Assembly: GCA_902528485.1 (NCBI GenBank)
Contig: CABZTA010000004.1
Span: 1-48,784 of the forward strand
Direction: 5' to 3'
Length of the DNA: 48,784 nucleotides
DNA from: an uncultured SAR86 cluster bacterium
GTDB taxonomy: Bacteria > Pseudomonadota > Gammaproteobacteria > Magnimaribacterales > AG-339-G14
The notes under the pieces are model-generated. The model saw only the letters and a program-made list of their open reading frames with translations. It had not been told where the DNA came from and ran no database searches. A program made the position numbers and the translations under genes. Position 1 is the first letter of the stretch. Each line of letters begins with the position of its first letter. Positions 32,273 through 42,492 of this stretch are shown piece by piece.

Positions 32273-35200
32273 TCAACTCACTTTTAATTTCTTTTCCTTC
32301 ATTTCTATCATGACCCTCTTATAATCAGTTGGCATTACTTTGACAAAGCTATCTAATGCACTATTCCAACCATTAAGAATTTTAGTTGCTATTGCTGAAT
32401 CAGTATATTTCTTATGATTATTAATTAATTGCTTAAGCTCTTTCAAATCTTCTTCATCTTCTAAATTTTCAAGCTCAAAGGTGCTGGTGTTACATTTTTT
32501 CTTGAATAGTTTTTTTGGATCATAAACATATGCAACACCTCCGCTCATCCCGGCACCAAAATTTCTGCCTGTTTCTCCGAGAATTACAGCTACTCCTCCT
32601 GTCATATATTCGCAGCCATGATCTCCAATGCCCTCAACTACAACCTTTGCTCCACTATTTCTTACACAGAATCTTTCTGCTGCAATTCCTCTAAAATATG
32701 CTTCACCTCCAGTGGCTCCGTATAAAGCGACATTTCCAAGAATAATATTCTCTTCAGCTAGAAAACTAGATTCTTTGTCAGGGTAGATTATGATTTTTCC
32801 ACCCGAGAGACCCTTTCCAACATAGTCATTGGCATCTCCCTCCAGTTCTATAGTCATTCCCTTACAACTCCATGCCCCAAGACTTTGTCCAGCAGACCCA
32901 TTTAATTTCAAGTAAATAGAATCTTCTGGCAAACCATTATTTTCCCAAACTTTCGATATTTCGTTAGATAGGATCGTTCCGAAAACCCTATCGGTATTTC
33001 CAATTTCTTGTTCTATTTTTATCTTTTTTCTGTTGAGTATGCTTGGTTTTATTTTTCTCAGCAGTTTAAGATCTAAAGATTCTTCGAGATTATGATTTTG
33101 ATCTTGAGTCTTATATACATCAGTATTTTTAAAAACCTTTTCAGCAGGAGTTAAAACATTTGATAAATCAATTCCATCTTTTTTCCAATGGTTAATGGCA
33201 GTGTCCAACTCAAGCAAATCAACTCTGCCAATCATTTCATTAAGAGTCTTGATGCCTAACTTAGCCATTATCATTCTCAATTCTTTTGCAACCATAAATA
33301 GGTAATTTACGACATTCTCAGGTTTGCCTTTGAACTTCTCTCTTAGATCCTTATCTTGTGTTGCTATACCTACAGGACAGGTATTTAGGTGGCACTTTCT
33401 CATCATGATACAGCCCAAGGTAACCAAAGGTGCAGTTGAGAAGCCAAACTCTTCAGCCCCCAAAATTGCAGCTATTGCAACATCTCTTCCCGTTTTTAAT
33501 TGACCATCTGTTTGCAGGACTACTCTTGATCTTAGATTATTCATTACTAGAGTTTGATGTGTCTCGGCAATACCTAACTCCCACGGAAGTCCTGCGTGCT
33601 TGATGGAAGTTAATGGAGAGGCTCCTGTTCCCCCATCGTGACCTGCTATAACTAAATGGTCAGTTTTAGCTTTAACGACCCCAGCTGCAATTGTGCCAAC
33701 TCCTATTTCAGAGACCAATTTCACACTTATTCTAGCTTTTCTATTTGCATTTTTAAGATCATGGATAAGTTGAGCTATATCTTCAATGGAATAAATATCG
33801 TGATGCGGGGGAGGGCTAATCAATCCTACACCAGGAGTGGAATGCCTGATTCTTGCAATATATTGATCCACTTTCTTGCCAGGTAATTCACCGCCTTCTC
33901 CAGGTTTTGCTCCTTGAGCTATTTTTATTTGTAGCTCATCAGAATTAGTCAGGTACCACATCGTGACCCCGAATCTTCCAGAGGCAACTTGTTTTATTGC
34001 AGATCTCTTAGACCTTCCATCTTTTAAAGGCTTAAACCTAACTGGATCCTCTCCTCCTTCACCAGTATTGGATTTGCCCCCAAGCTCATTCATAGCCAAA
34101 GCAAGTGACTCATGAGCTTCAGTTGAAATTGATCCCAAAGACATAGCTCCTGTAGCGAATCTTTTTACTATTTCTTTTTCCGACTCAACCTGATCGAGAG
34201 GTATACCTTTTTTTGGATATTTGAACTTCATCAAACCTCTGAGAGTACTATTTCTTGTAGTTTGTTCATTGGCATGATTAGAAAATTCCCAATATTTAGT
34301 CTCATCATTAGCCTGAGAAGCCAATTGCAATGAGGAAATTGATTTAGGATCCCACATATGAGAATCACCCCCATTACGCCAATGGAAATCTCCAGGATTT
34401 GGAAGAACTGAAACTTTATTTTGATCATATTCTGGGTAACCTATAGAGTGCCTTCTTTCAACTTCATCTGCCAATACATCAAAATTAACCCCTTGTACCC
34501 TACTGGTAGTTCCAGGGAAACAAAGTTTTATTATTTCTTCTGCCAATCCAACAGCTTCAAATATTTGAGCACCTTTATATGATTGAAGAGTAGAAATACC
34601 CATCTTAGCCATAACCTTTAACATACCTTTTGCAACACCCTTTTTGTATGCATTTACAAGATCTGAAGAACTTTTCAGATTTTCATCTTGCAGGATGCCA
34701 TCGTCTAGAGATTTCTCTAATACATCAAATGCTAAGTAAGGATTAATGGCATCTGCGCCATAGCCTATCAGAAGGCAATGATGGTGAACTTCTCTTGCTT
34801 CACCTGATTCAACTATCAATCCAAGTTGAGTTCTTTTCTCTTTTTTAACTAGATAATGATGAATTGATGAGCAAGCAAGCAATGAACTAATAGCGATTCT
34901 ATCTTTTGATAATTCACGATCAGATAGCAGCACAAATGAATAGCCTTGTTTTATTGCATCTTCTGAATCTCTACAAATTCTCTTCAGAGCTTTTCTTAAG
35001 CCTTTTGATCCGCTCCCTCTCTCGTAAGTAATATCGATAATCTTGGTTTTCCATCCAAAGGCGCTTAATTTTTTTATACTTTCGAGCTCTTGATTCGAAA
35101 GAATTGGATGTTTTAATCTTAATCGATGAGCATTTTTTTCTTGGGATTCTAGTAAATTACTTTCAGGACCGATTAAGCATTCAAGCGACATAATCACTTC

Positions 35201-36832
35201 TTCCCTGATTGAATCAATTGGAGGATTAGTAATTTGGGCAAAGAGTTGTTTGAAGTAGTCGTAAATCATTCTAGGCTTGTCAGATAAACAGGCTAAGGCA
35301 GCATCATTTCCCATTGAACCGAGAGGATCCCTCAGCTCTGTTACAAGAGGCAGAAGCATGAATTCAAGGGTTTCCGTTGTATAACCAAAGGACTGCATTC
35401 GTGAGATCAGATCTTCCTTAGAAGATTTGACTTTATATTTTTTAAGATCTTGCAGATCTACAATTTGGTTATTTATCCAATTACGGTAAGGATGTTTATT
35501 TGAAATATTTTTTTTGATTTCCTCATCAGGAATCATTCTTCCCTTCTCAAAGTCAATTAGAAACATTTTTCCTGGTTGCAGCCTACCTTTTGAAAGAACC
35601 TTAGATTGATCAACTGGGAGGACTCCTACCTCTGATGCCATGATGACTTTGTCATCATCTGTAACATAGAATCTGCTTGGTCTGAGACCATTTCTATCTA
35701 AGACTGCTCCAACATAATTACCGTCAGTAAACACAATCGAAGCAGGTCCATCCCAAGGCTCCATGAATGAAGACGAGTATTCATAAAAAGCCTTTTTTGC
35801 TGAACTCATTTCATTATCGTTTTGCCATGCTTCAGGAATCATCATCATTGCTGCTTCTGTAAGTTCTCTTCCAGACATAATTAAAAGCTCCAGAACATTA
35901 TCGAAAGATCCCGAATCTGAGCAGTCTGGTTCAGCAATAGGAAACAACTTTGTAATTTTTGAACCAAAGTATTCACTTTTTGCTAGACCTTGTCTGGAAT
36001 ACATTTGATTCATATTTCCCTTAAGTGTATTTATTTCACCGTTATGGCACATATACCTGTTTGGCTGAGCTCTGTCCCAAGAAGGAAATGTATTGGTACT
36101 GAATCTTGAATGAACCATTGCAAGGTGAGTTTCAAACTTTTTATGTTCTAAATCTGGATAAAAAGGGAAAAGTTGTGCAGGAGTCAACATTCCTTTATAA
36201 GCAATTAGTCTCGAAGACAAAGTACATGCATAAAACATAAAGGATTGTTTTAAATTTTCCTCGTATCTCAAGCGCTTAGTAAAAATTTTTCTGATCAAGT
36301 AAAGTTTTCTCTCAAATGCGTCTTGATCTAGTTTCGATGCTCTTTGGATAAAAATTTGTTGAATTTCAGGTTGGCAGTCTAATGCAGCTGGACCAACGTT
36401 TGCCTTTTTAGGATTAACCGGTACTTTTCTCCATCCTAAAAATTTTTGACCCTCTGATTTTATTATTTCTTCGACTACTTTTTTGCAATATGATCTTTCC
36501 TTTCTGTCTTGAGGAAGGAAAATATTCCCAGTAGCGTAACTCCCAAAAGCAGGAAGATTTATTTTGATTTTTTTTGCTTGTTCCTGGAAAAAAGAATCTG
36601 GTAGAGCCATAAGAATCCCAGCTCCATCACCAGTGTTTTCCTCAAACCCACATCCACCTCTATGGTCCATCCTAGAGTTGATTAAATAGGCATCATCCAT
36701 AATCTCTCTAGAGGGGATGCCTTTAATATTAGCAACTAAGCCGACGCCACAAGAGTCTTTCTCACTATTTGGGTCGTAAAGTCCAATTTTTTTAGGACGT
36801 TCTAGTAATTTATTTTCTTTATCTTCTACCAT
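32273..36832 (-). CDS. gltB: Glutamate synthase large subunit
   Basis: DSCGVG Ntn cysteine, HSRFSTNT, EPWDGPA, KQVASGRFGV, CIMMRKCHLNTC, GDHGCEYMTGG. Confidence 0.98.
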   Translation of the reverse strand: MVEDKENKLLERPKKIGLYDPNSEKDSCGVGLVANIKGIPSREIMDDAYLINSRMDHRGGCGFEENTGDGAGILMALPDSFFQEQAKKIKINLPAFGSYATGNIFLPQDRKERSYCKKVVEEIIKSEGQKFLGWRKVPVNPKKANVGPAALDCQPEIQQIFIQRASKLDQDAFERKLYLIRKIFTKRLRYEENLKQSFMFYACTLSSRLIAYKGMLTPAQLFPFYPDLEHKKFETHLAMVHSRFSTNTFPSWDRAQPNRYMCHNGEINTLKGNMNQMYSRQGLAKSEYFGSKITKLFPIAEPDCSDSGSFDNVLELLIMSGRELTEAAMMMIPEAWQNDNEMSSAKKAFYEYSSSFMEPWDGPASIVFTDGNYVGAVLDRNGLRPSRFYVTDDDKVIMASEVGVLPVDQSKVLSKGRLQPGKMFLIDFEKGRMIPDEEIKKNISNKHPYRNWINNQIVDLQDLKKYKVKSSKEDLISRMQSFGYTTETLEFMLLPLVTELRDPLGSMGNDAALACLSDKPRMIYDYFKQLFAQITNPPIDSIREEVIMSLECLIGPESNLLESQEKNAHRLRLKHPILSNQELESIKKLSAFGWKTKIIDITYERGSGSKGLRKALKRICRDSEDAIKQGYSFVLLSDRELSKDRIAISSLLACSSIHHYLVKKEKRTQLGLIVESGEAREVHHHCLLIGYGADAINPYLAFDVLEKSLDDGILQDENLKSSSDLVNAYKKGVAKGMLKVMAKMGISTLQSYKGAQIFEAVGLAEEIIKLCFPGTTSRVQGVNFDVLADEVERRHSIGYPEYDQNKVSVLPNPGDFHWRNGGDSHMWDPKSISSLQLASQANDETKYWEFSNHANEQTTRNSTLRGLMKFKYPKKGIPLDQVESEKEIVKRFATGAMSLGSISTEAHESLALAMNELGGKSNTGEGGEDPVRFKPLKDGRSKRSAIKQVASGRFGVTMWYLTNSDELQIKIAQGAKPGEGGELPGKKVDQYIARIRHSTPGVGLISPPPHHDIYSIEDIAQLIHDLKNANRKARISVKLVSEIGVGTIAAGVVKAKTDHLVIAGHDGGTGASPLTSIKHAGLPWELGIAETHQTLVMNNLRSRVVLQTDGQLKTGRDVAIAAILGAEEFGFSTAPLVTLGCIMMRKCHLNTCPVGIATQDKDLREKFKGKPENVVNYLFMVAKELRMIMAKLGIKTLNEMIGRVDLLELDTAINHWKKDGIDLSNVLTPAEKVFKNTDVYKTQDQNHNLEESLDLKLLRKIKPSILNRKKIKIEQEIGNTDRVFGTILSNEISKVWENNGLPEDSIYLKLNGSAGQSLGAWSCKGMTIELEGDANDYVGKGLSGGKIIIYPDKESSFLAEENIILGNVALYGATGGEAYFRGIAAERFCVRNSGAKVVVEGIGDHGCEYMTGGVAVILGETGRNFGAGMSGGVAYVYDPKKLFKKKCNTSTFELENLEDEEDLKELKQLINNHKKYTDSAIATKILNGWNSALDSFVKVMPTDYKRVMIEMKEKKLKVS

Positions 36833-36863
36833 CGATAATATTCCATCCTTCCTATTAGAAAGA

Positions 36864-36922
36864 TGCGTTCCTTCGGTTTTAATTTTTTACCTACTTCCGT
36901 CCTTTAAATAAGGATGAACGAT
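36864..36922 (-). ncRNA. glnA-motif (class I glutamine) riboswitch aptamer in the gltB 5' UTR
   Basis: Minus-strand RNA AUCGUUC-A-UCCUU AUUUA AAGGA-C-GGAAGUA-GGU AAAAAAUUAAA ACC-GAAG-GAACGCA. It shows P1 CGUUC/GAACG, P2, an E-loop (GGAAGUA/GAA) and P3, as in the glnA RNA motif, about 30 nt upstream of a nitrogen-assimilation gene. Confidence 0.85.
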
Positions 36923-36973
36923 TGATCTTAAGCCCAAGATCGCAAGGAAGAATAATGATTTCTTATAAGTTTA

Positions 36974-37003
36974 TTTATACCAAAATATCATAAAAAAGAC
37001 CAA
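36974..37003 (-). promoter_or_regulatory. Candidate sigma70 promoter for the riboswitch-gltBD transcript
   Basis: Minus strand TTGGTC-18 bp-TATAAA with an extended -10 TG. The region is very AT-rich, so chance matches are possible. Confidence 0.35.
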
Positions 37004-37034
37004 TTTTTATTCTGTAATATAAAAATTATATTTT

Positions 37035-38123
37035 TTATATTTTTAAGCTATTAAGGATTTTCTCATCAGGAACGTTTTCAACAATTTCCACTTTTCCTAG
37101 GCCATTTAATATGATGAACCTTAAGTTGTTATTTTTGTTCTTTTTATCCAACTCCATTGCTTTTAAAATTTTTTGAGGTTCACAATTAGAAGGCAACTTT
37201 GTTGGGAGTTTAAATTTTTTTATGACACCCATAACTCTATTAAATTCCTTAACTGTCAATTTTTTAAGTAAAAAAGACAATTTTGCCGCACATAGCATAC
37301 CAATCCCTACAGCCTCTCCATGATTTAATCCTCTAAAAGATTGGACGCTCTCAATTGCATGTGCATAAGTATGCCCAAAGTTTAGGTGCGCTCTAACCGA
37401 TTTCTCTTCTTCATCTTGCTCCACAACTTTTGATTTAATTTTTGAAGATATCTTGATGAGGTCTGCCAACTCAATATAATCTGTTCTCTTTCCTAACTTT
37501 CCTCCAAACTTCTCTAATTTTGATAAAAGTCTTATGTCGTCAATAAGTGCATGTTTAATAATTTCTGAATATCCAGCAGCCATATGCCTTTTACTAAGTG
37601 ATTTTAAAAAATATGTATCAATCAACACAGCTTTTGGCTGCTTAAATGCACCAATCATATTTTTAAATTTTTTACTATTAACTCCTGTCTTACCTCCAAT
37701 AGAAGCATCCACCTGAGCTAGAAGAGTGGTAGGAATGTGCATAACCTCTACTCCTCGTAGATATACCGAGGCTACAAAGCCTGAGAGATCAGTTGTAATA
37801 CCGCCGCCAAAAGAAACAATCAACGAATCTCTAGAAAATTTCAAATCTATTAATTTTTCTAAAATTTTTTGAGAGGTCTCAATAGATTTATTTTTTTCAT
37901 TCGCAGTAAACTTTAATGATTCAAATTTACTCGGTTTTGATTTCCGTATGAAGCTCTTTACTTTTCTGATTGATAAATCAGGAAGCTTTGAGTCAAAAAT
38001 AAGAAAAATTTCTTTTGAATTAGATATCTTTTTTAAGGAAAAGCTATTAATAAAATTATCACCAAAATAAATGGAATAATTTGAACTAGGAGAACTTACC
38101 TTTAATTGTTTAATTGTTTTCAT
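37035..38123 (-). CDS. aroB: 3-dehydroquinate synthase
   Basis: GGGITTD, PTTLLAQVDASIGGKTGVN, KNMIGAF, EIIKH, LNFGHTYAHAIE, HGEAV, DKK. Confidence 0.96.
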   Translation of the reverse strand: MKTIKQLKVSSPSSNYSIYFGDNFINSFSLKKISNSKEIFLIFDSKLPDLSIRKVKSFIRKSKPSKFESLKFTANEKNKSIETSQKILEKLIDLKFSRDSLIVSFGGGITTDLSGFVASVYLRGVEVMHIPTTLLAQVDASIGGKTGVNSKKFKNMIGAFKQPKAVLIDTYFLKSLSKRHMAAGYSEIIKHALIDDIRLLSKLEKFGGKLGKRTDYIELADLIKISSKIKSKVVEQDEEEKSVRAHLNFGHTYAHAIESVQSFRGLNHGEAVGIGMLCAAKLSFLLKKLTVKEFNRVMGVIKKFKLPTKLPSNCEPQKILKAMELDKKNKNNNLRFIILNGLGKVEIVENVPDEKILNSLKI

Positions 38124-38616
38124 TTAGTTCTTCAATAATTTTTAAAAGAATATTTTTGCTTTTATATTTATCAACGTTAATTTCAAAATTTGAAACTTCT
38201 TTATATAACTCTAACCTTTGATCGTATAGTTCTTTGAGTTTTTTGAACCTATCTATATTTTTTAAAAGAGGTCTTTTGTCCGATCTTGATGTTCTTTTGC
38301 GCTGTCTTTCAACTGAGGCATTTAGGAAAATAACTTTATTTTCCTTTAATTTTTTACGATTTTCTTGATTTATAACAATACCTCCGCCGGTAGCAATAAC
38401 CATATTCAAACTATTTGGAATATTAATCAAAAACTCTCTCTCTTTTTCTCTGAAATATTTTTCTCCACTATTTTCAAAAATCTCACTTATGGTTTTTCTT
38501 TCTTTCTTTTCAATTTCTTTGTCTGTATCCATGAATTCTTTATCTAAACTTTTGGCGAGTTTCTTCCCCAAGCTTGATTTTCCAGATCCCATTGGGCCAA
38601 CAAGAAAGATGTTCAT
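38110..38616 (-). CDS. aroK: Shikimate kinase
   Basis: GPMGSGKS, DTD, FRxxE, ATGGG, RPLL. Confidence 0.96.
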   Translation of the reverse strand: MNIFLVGPMGSGKSSLGKKLAKSLDKEFMDTDKEIEKKERKTISEIFENSGEKYFREKEREFLINIPNSLNMVIATGGGIVINQENRKKLKENKVIFLNASVERQRKRTSRSDKRPLLKNIDRFKKLKELYDQRLELYKEVSNFEINVDKYKSKNILLKIIEELNENN

Positions 38617-38652
38617 CTACTCATTATATCTATTAGAATTATCTTTTAGAAA

Positions 38653-41049
38653 ATGAAAAAGTTTTTTAGTTCATTATTCAGGTCAAAGATATTTCTAATA
38701 TCTCTAATTACTATTCTTTTGCCATTTCAGATGGCACTTGGTGTTTATATATATCTTTATCCTGAATTACCAAAAATTAGTGACCTTGATAAAGCAGAAT
38801 TACAAATCCCATTAAAAATTTATACTAGCGATGGAAAGCTTATTTCTGAATTTGGGGAAATTCATAGAACTAAAATTATTTTTGAAGACATACCCAAAGG
38901 GCTTGTTAATGCCTATCTAGCAGCAGAAGACGATGAATTTTTCTCCCATACGGGTATAGATTTTACAGCTCTTGCTAGAGCGCTAAGTGAGTTGATAATT
39001 ACTGGAGAAAAAGGCAGCGGAGGAGGAACTTTGACAATGCAAGTTGCGAGAAATTATCTGCTTACTCAAGAAAAAACCTATAAAAGAAAATTAAAAGAAA
39101 TCTATACGGCCTTTATGCTTGAAGTTTTTTTAACTAAAGAGCAAATATTTGAACTTTATGTAAATAAAGTTTTTTTAGGAAACAGAGCCTATGGCGTTGT
39201 TGCGGCTTCCTCAATTTATTACGGAAAACCTCTTCAGGATTTATCTGTAGCTCAATTTGCAATGATTGCTGCTTCAACGCAAAGACCATCAGAGGTGAAC
39301 CCACTAGCAAATAAAAGAAGAGCATTGAATAGAAGAAATTGGATACTTAAACGAATGGAAGATCTCGGTTACATCTCAGAGATTGATTATGAGGTAAATG
39401 TTTCTGAACCTCTTACAGCAGATAATTTCGGAATTAAACCTGAAGTGGAAGCGGGTCATTTGGCGGAGGAGATAAGAAAATACATGGTTAGTAACTATGG
39501 GAATGAAGTATATAAAGATGGCTATGAAGTTTATTCATCAATTAATTCAGAACATCAACTCTCTGCCAATAAAGCCCTTAAAACTGGTATAGAGAGTTAT
39601 GAGAATCGACATGGATTTAGAAAGCCGCAGAATTATGAAAATTTGATTCCTAATAAATTTTTTAATAAGTCCGAAGTGTTCTATCAATTCTTTTATCAAG
39701 ATATAGATTTTTCTGATGAGTATGGAATAGAAAAAACGGATGAGCATCCTTTCAAGGAGATTGAATCTCTTTATGAGTCACTCCCAAAATACAAAAATTT
39801 TGTCCCTGCTATATTTCTTTCAGTAGAAGATCAAGTTGTATTTCTTATTAACTCTAATTTAGAGCTCATAAAAATTTTTAAAGAGGACTTGAGAACGAAG
39901 ATTAGACCAAAAATAGATGAGAATAGAATAGATAGAGAGGTGCAGGAATTCTCGGATTTCTTCTCTCCTGGAGATCTCGTTTGGATGAATGAAAGTGGAG
40001 AAAAAGTAGAATTTTCTCAATATCCAGAGATTCAATCATGTATCGTGAGTCTTGATCCAAAGGATGGAAAGATCTTGGCTTTGGTCGGCGGATATGACTT
40101 TTACTCAAGTAACTATAATCGAGTTTTTCAAGCAAAACCCCAACTTGGTTCAAACTTTAAACCTTTTTTATATAGTGCTGCTTTTGAGAATGGTTATAAT
40201 CCATCCTCAATAATCCTTGATGCACCTATAGTTTTTGAAGATGAGAATTTAGAAGATGTCTGGCGCCCAAAAAATTCATCTGGCAGATTCTATGGACCAA
40301 CAAGATTAAGAGAGGCATTGGTCCAGTCAAGAAATATAGTTTCAGTGAGACTTCTTCAGGAATTAGGTATCGATAAAGTAAGAAGTCATGTTCAGAAATA
40401 TGGATTCCAAGAAGATGAAATTCCGAATGATTTGTCTCTGGCTCTAGGATCTTACAGTTCAACACCCCTACAAAATGCAAAAGCTTTTTCTATCATTGCT
40501 AATGGAGGAAAAGCGATAGAGCCTTATTACATTGAAAAAATCGTTCTTCCTAATTCAGAAGTATTAGATTTCTCAAAAACTAAAACTTTAGATTTTAGAA
40601 CCTCAAGATTATGGAACGGATACAATGAAGAAAATAATGAAAAGGCAATCATCGATCCCAGAATTACATATGTAATTAATGATATCTTGATAGAAGCGGC
40701 AAAAAGAGGAACAGCAAGCAATATAAAAAAATTATCCAGAGATGATTTTGCAGGAAAAACTGGGACAACTAATGATGCAGAAAGTACTTGGTTTACAGGC
40801 TTTAATAATAGCTTCTTAGCAACTGTTTGGTTTGGATATGATCAACCTAAACCACTAGGGGAGAGAGAGTTTGGAAGTACAACTGCTTTACCTATCTGGA
40901 TGAATTATGTCTCCGAGGTTGAGAATTATATCGACAAAGGAACGCAATCAAGACCTAAGAATCTATCAGCAGCCAGATTGAATAAAAGTACAGGAGAAAT
41001 TGCCAGGCCGGATGAAAAGAATATCTTCTTTGACTTTCTAATAAATTAA
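38653..41049 (+). CDS. mrcA: Penicillin-binding protein 1A
   Basis: N-terminal TM segment; transglycosylase EDDEFFSHTGID, GTLTMQ, RKLKE; transpeptidase GSNFK, SRN, KTG. Confidence 0.94.
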   Translation: MKKFFSSLFRSKIFLISLITILLPFQMALGVYIYLYPELPKISDLDKAELQIPLKIYTSDGKLISEFGEIHRTKIIFEDIPKGLVNAYLAAEDDEFFSHTGIDFTALARALSELIITGEKGSGGGTLTMQVARNYLLTQEKTYKRKLKEIYTAFMLEVFLTKEQIFELYVNKVFLGNRAYGVVAASSIYYGKPLQDLSVAQFAMIAASTQRPSEVNPLANKRRALNRRNWILKRMEDLGYISEIDYEVNVSEPLTADNFGIKPEVEAGHLAEEIRKYMVSNYGNEVYKDGYEVYSSINSEHQLSANKALKTGIESYENRHGFRKPQNYENLIPNKFFNKSEVFYQFFYQDIDFSDEYGIEKTDEHPFKEIESLYESLPKYKNFVPAIFLSVEDQVVFLINSNLELIKIFKEDLRTKIRPKIDENRIDREVQEFSDFFSPGDLVWMNESGEKVEFSQYPEIQSCIVSLDPKDGKILALVGGYDFYSSNYNRVFQAKPQLGSNFKPFLYSAAFENGYNPSSIILDAPIVFEDENLEDVWRPKNSSGRFYGPTRLREALVQSRNIVSVRLLQELGIDKVRSHVQKYGFQEDEIPNDLSLALGSYSSTPLQNAKAFSIIANGGKAIEPYYIEKIVLPNSEVLDFSKTKTLDFRTSRLWNGYNEENNEKAIIDPRITYVINDILIEAAKRGTASNIKKLSRDDFAGKTGTTNDAESTWFTGFNNSFLATVWFGYDQPKPLGEREFGSTTALPIWMNYVSEVENYIDKGTQSRPKNLSAARLNKSTGEIARPDEKNIFFDFLIN

Positions 41050-41054
41050 TTAAA

Positions 41055-41639
41055 TTACTTATAAATTGTAAGCACTAATTTTGAAGAATATTCATTCCAT
41101 TCTTCTAATACTTTTCTTTTAAAATTTGATCTTACAAAGCTCTGAATCTTTCCCTCTAGAATGGAAATTATCAATCCAGCTGAATCAGTTGGAGTTAAGT
41201 TGAATTTTGTCTTGCTTGATTGTTCATAATTTTGGAAGGCAAGTTTTATCTCAAGCTCAAATCTTTCAAATAAATGATTTACTTTTTCTTCTATTTTTAC
41301 TTCATCTGGACTGAGTGCTTCTCTAGTCAAAATTTTACAAATACCTTTGTTTTTCTCACAAAAAGCTAATATTAGTGTACAAATGTTAAAAGGAGTCTCC
41401 GGGCTTGAAACCTCTTTTTTAATGGACGATATTCTCGGAAATATATTTTCCTCACAAAAATCAACTAAACCTTCGAATATCTTTCTTTTGCTTGGAAAAT
41501 GTTTATAGATGGCAGCTTCAGTTATCTCGCATCGTTTTGCTAATTCAGCAGTAGTAATTTTTATCGGTTCTTTACTCTCAAGCATGGAAACTAAAGTTTG
41601 CATAATGTTAATTTGTCTTTTGGTCAGAGTTTCAGTCAT
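41055..41639 (-). CDS. slmA: Nucleoid occlusion factor SlmA (TetR family)
   Basis: ITTAELA, EAAIYKHFPSKRKIFEGL, FCEKNKG, FVRSNF; located next to argB/algC. Confidence 0.88.
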   Translation of the reverse strand: MTETLTKRQINIMQTLVSMLESKEPIKITTAELAKRCEITEAAIYKHFPSKRKIFEGLVDFCEENIFPRISSIKKEVSSPETPFNICTLILAFCEKNKGICKILTREALSPDEVKIEEKVNHLFERFELEIKLAFQNYEQSSKTKFNLTPTDSAGLIISILEGKIQSFVRSNFKRKVLEEWNEYSSKLVLTIYK

Positions 41640-41640
41640 C

Positions 41641-42492
41641 TTATTTAGTTATCCAGGTTCCAACACCTTTGTCAGTAAGTATTTCAACTAAAACTGCATG
41701 CGGTACTCTACCATCGACGATATGGGCACTTTTCACGCCGCTTTCTAGACTTTTAATCACTGATGAGAGTTTTGGAAGCATTCCTCCTTTTATGTTTTTA
41801 GCAATTTTTTTGGCTTTTTTGATATTCATTTCAGATATTTTTTTCCCTGTGTTAGTCAACACTCCTTTTACATCCGTCATCATAATTATCTTTTCAGCTC
41901 TTAATTTTTCAGCAACCTTGCAAGCCACATGATCAGCGTTAATATTGTAATGCATTCCAAATCTATCCCTGCCAATTGGAGCAATTACAGGAATTTTTCC
42001 ATTAAAAATATTTTTCTTAATTAAATTTCCATCAACTTTTGTGATATCACCGACAAAACCAAGATTCATCTTTGTTTTAATTTTTTTACAGATAAGAATA
42101 CTTTCTCTAACGTCATTGAATGTTTTTGTCTTTGCTCCCCAAGTTTTGATCAGTTCAGCAATATCTCCGTTTACTTCTCTGAGAGTTTTAATAATGATTT
42201 TTATTGAATTTTCGTCTGTTTTTCTAAGACCATCAATAAAAACACTTTTAATATTGCTCTTCTTCAAATTTCTTTCAATTTGTGGACCGCCTCCATGAAC
42301 AAGAACAGGAAATATTCCAATTTGCCTCATCAAAGCGATATCTCTTGCAAAATTTTGCCTTAACTTACTTTCTTTCATGGCGCTTCCACCATACTTAATG
42401 ACCACTATCTTTCCTGAAAACTTTTGTATATAGGGCAATGCCTCACTGAGGATCTTTGCAAGTGATTCTGCTGATTTGCTATCTTTGATCAT
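41641..42492 (-). CDS. argB: Acetylglutamate kinase
   Basis: EALPYI, VIKYGG, VHGGGPQI, NINAD, GGMLPK, DGRVPHAVLVEI. Confidence 0.96.
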   Translation of the reverse strand: MIKDSKSAESLAKILSEALPYIQKFSGKIVVIKYGGSAMKESKLRQNFARDIALMRQIGIFPVLVHGGGPQIERNLKKSNIKSVFIDGLRKTDENSIKIIIKTLREVNGDIAELIKTWGAKTKTFNDVRESILICKKIKTKMNLGFVGDITKVDGNLIKKNIFNGKIPVIAPIGRDRFGMHYNINADHVACKVAEKLRAEKIIMMTDVKGVLTNTGKKISEMNIKKAKKIAKNIKGGMLPKLSSVIKSLESGVKSAHIVDGRVPHAVLVEILTDKGVGTWITK

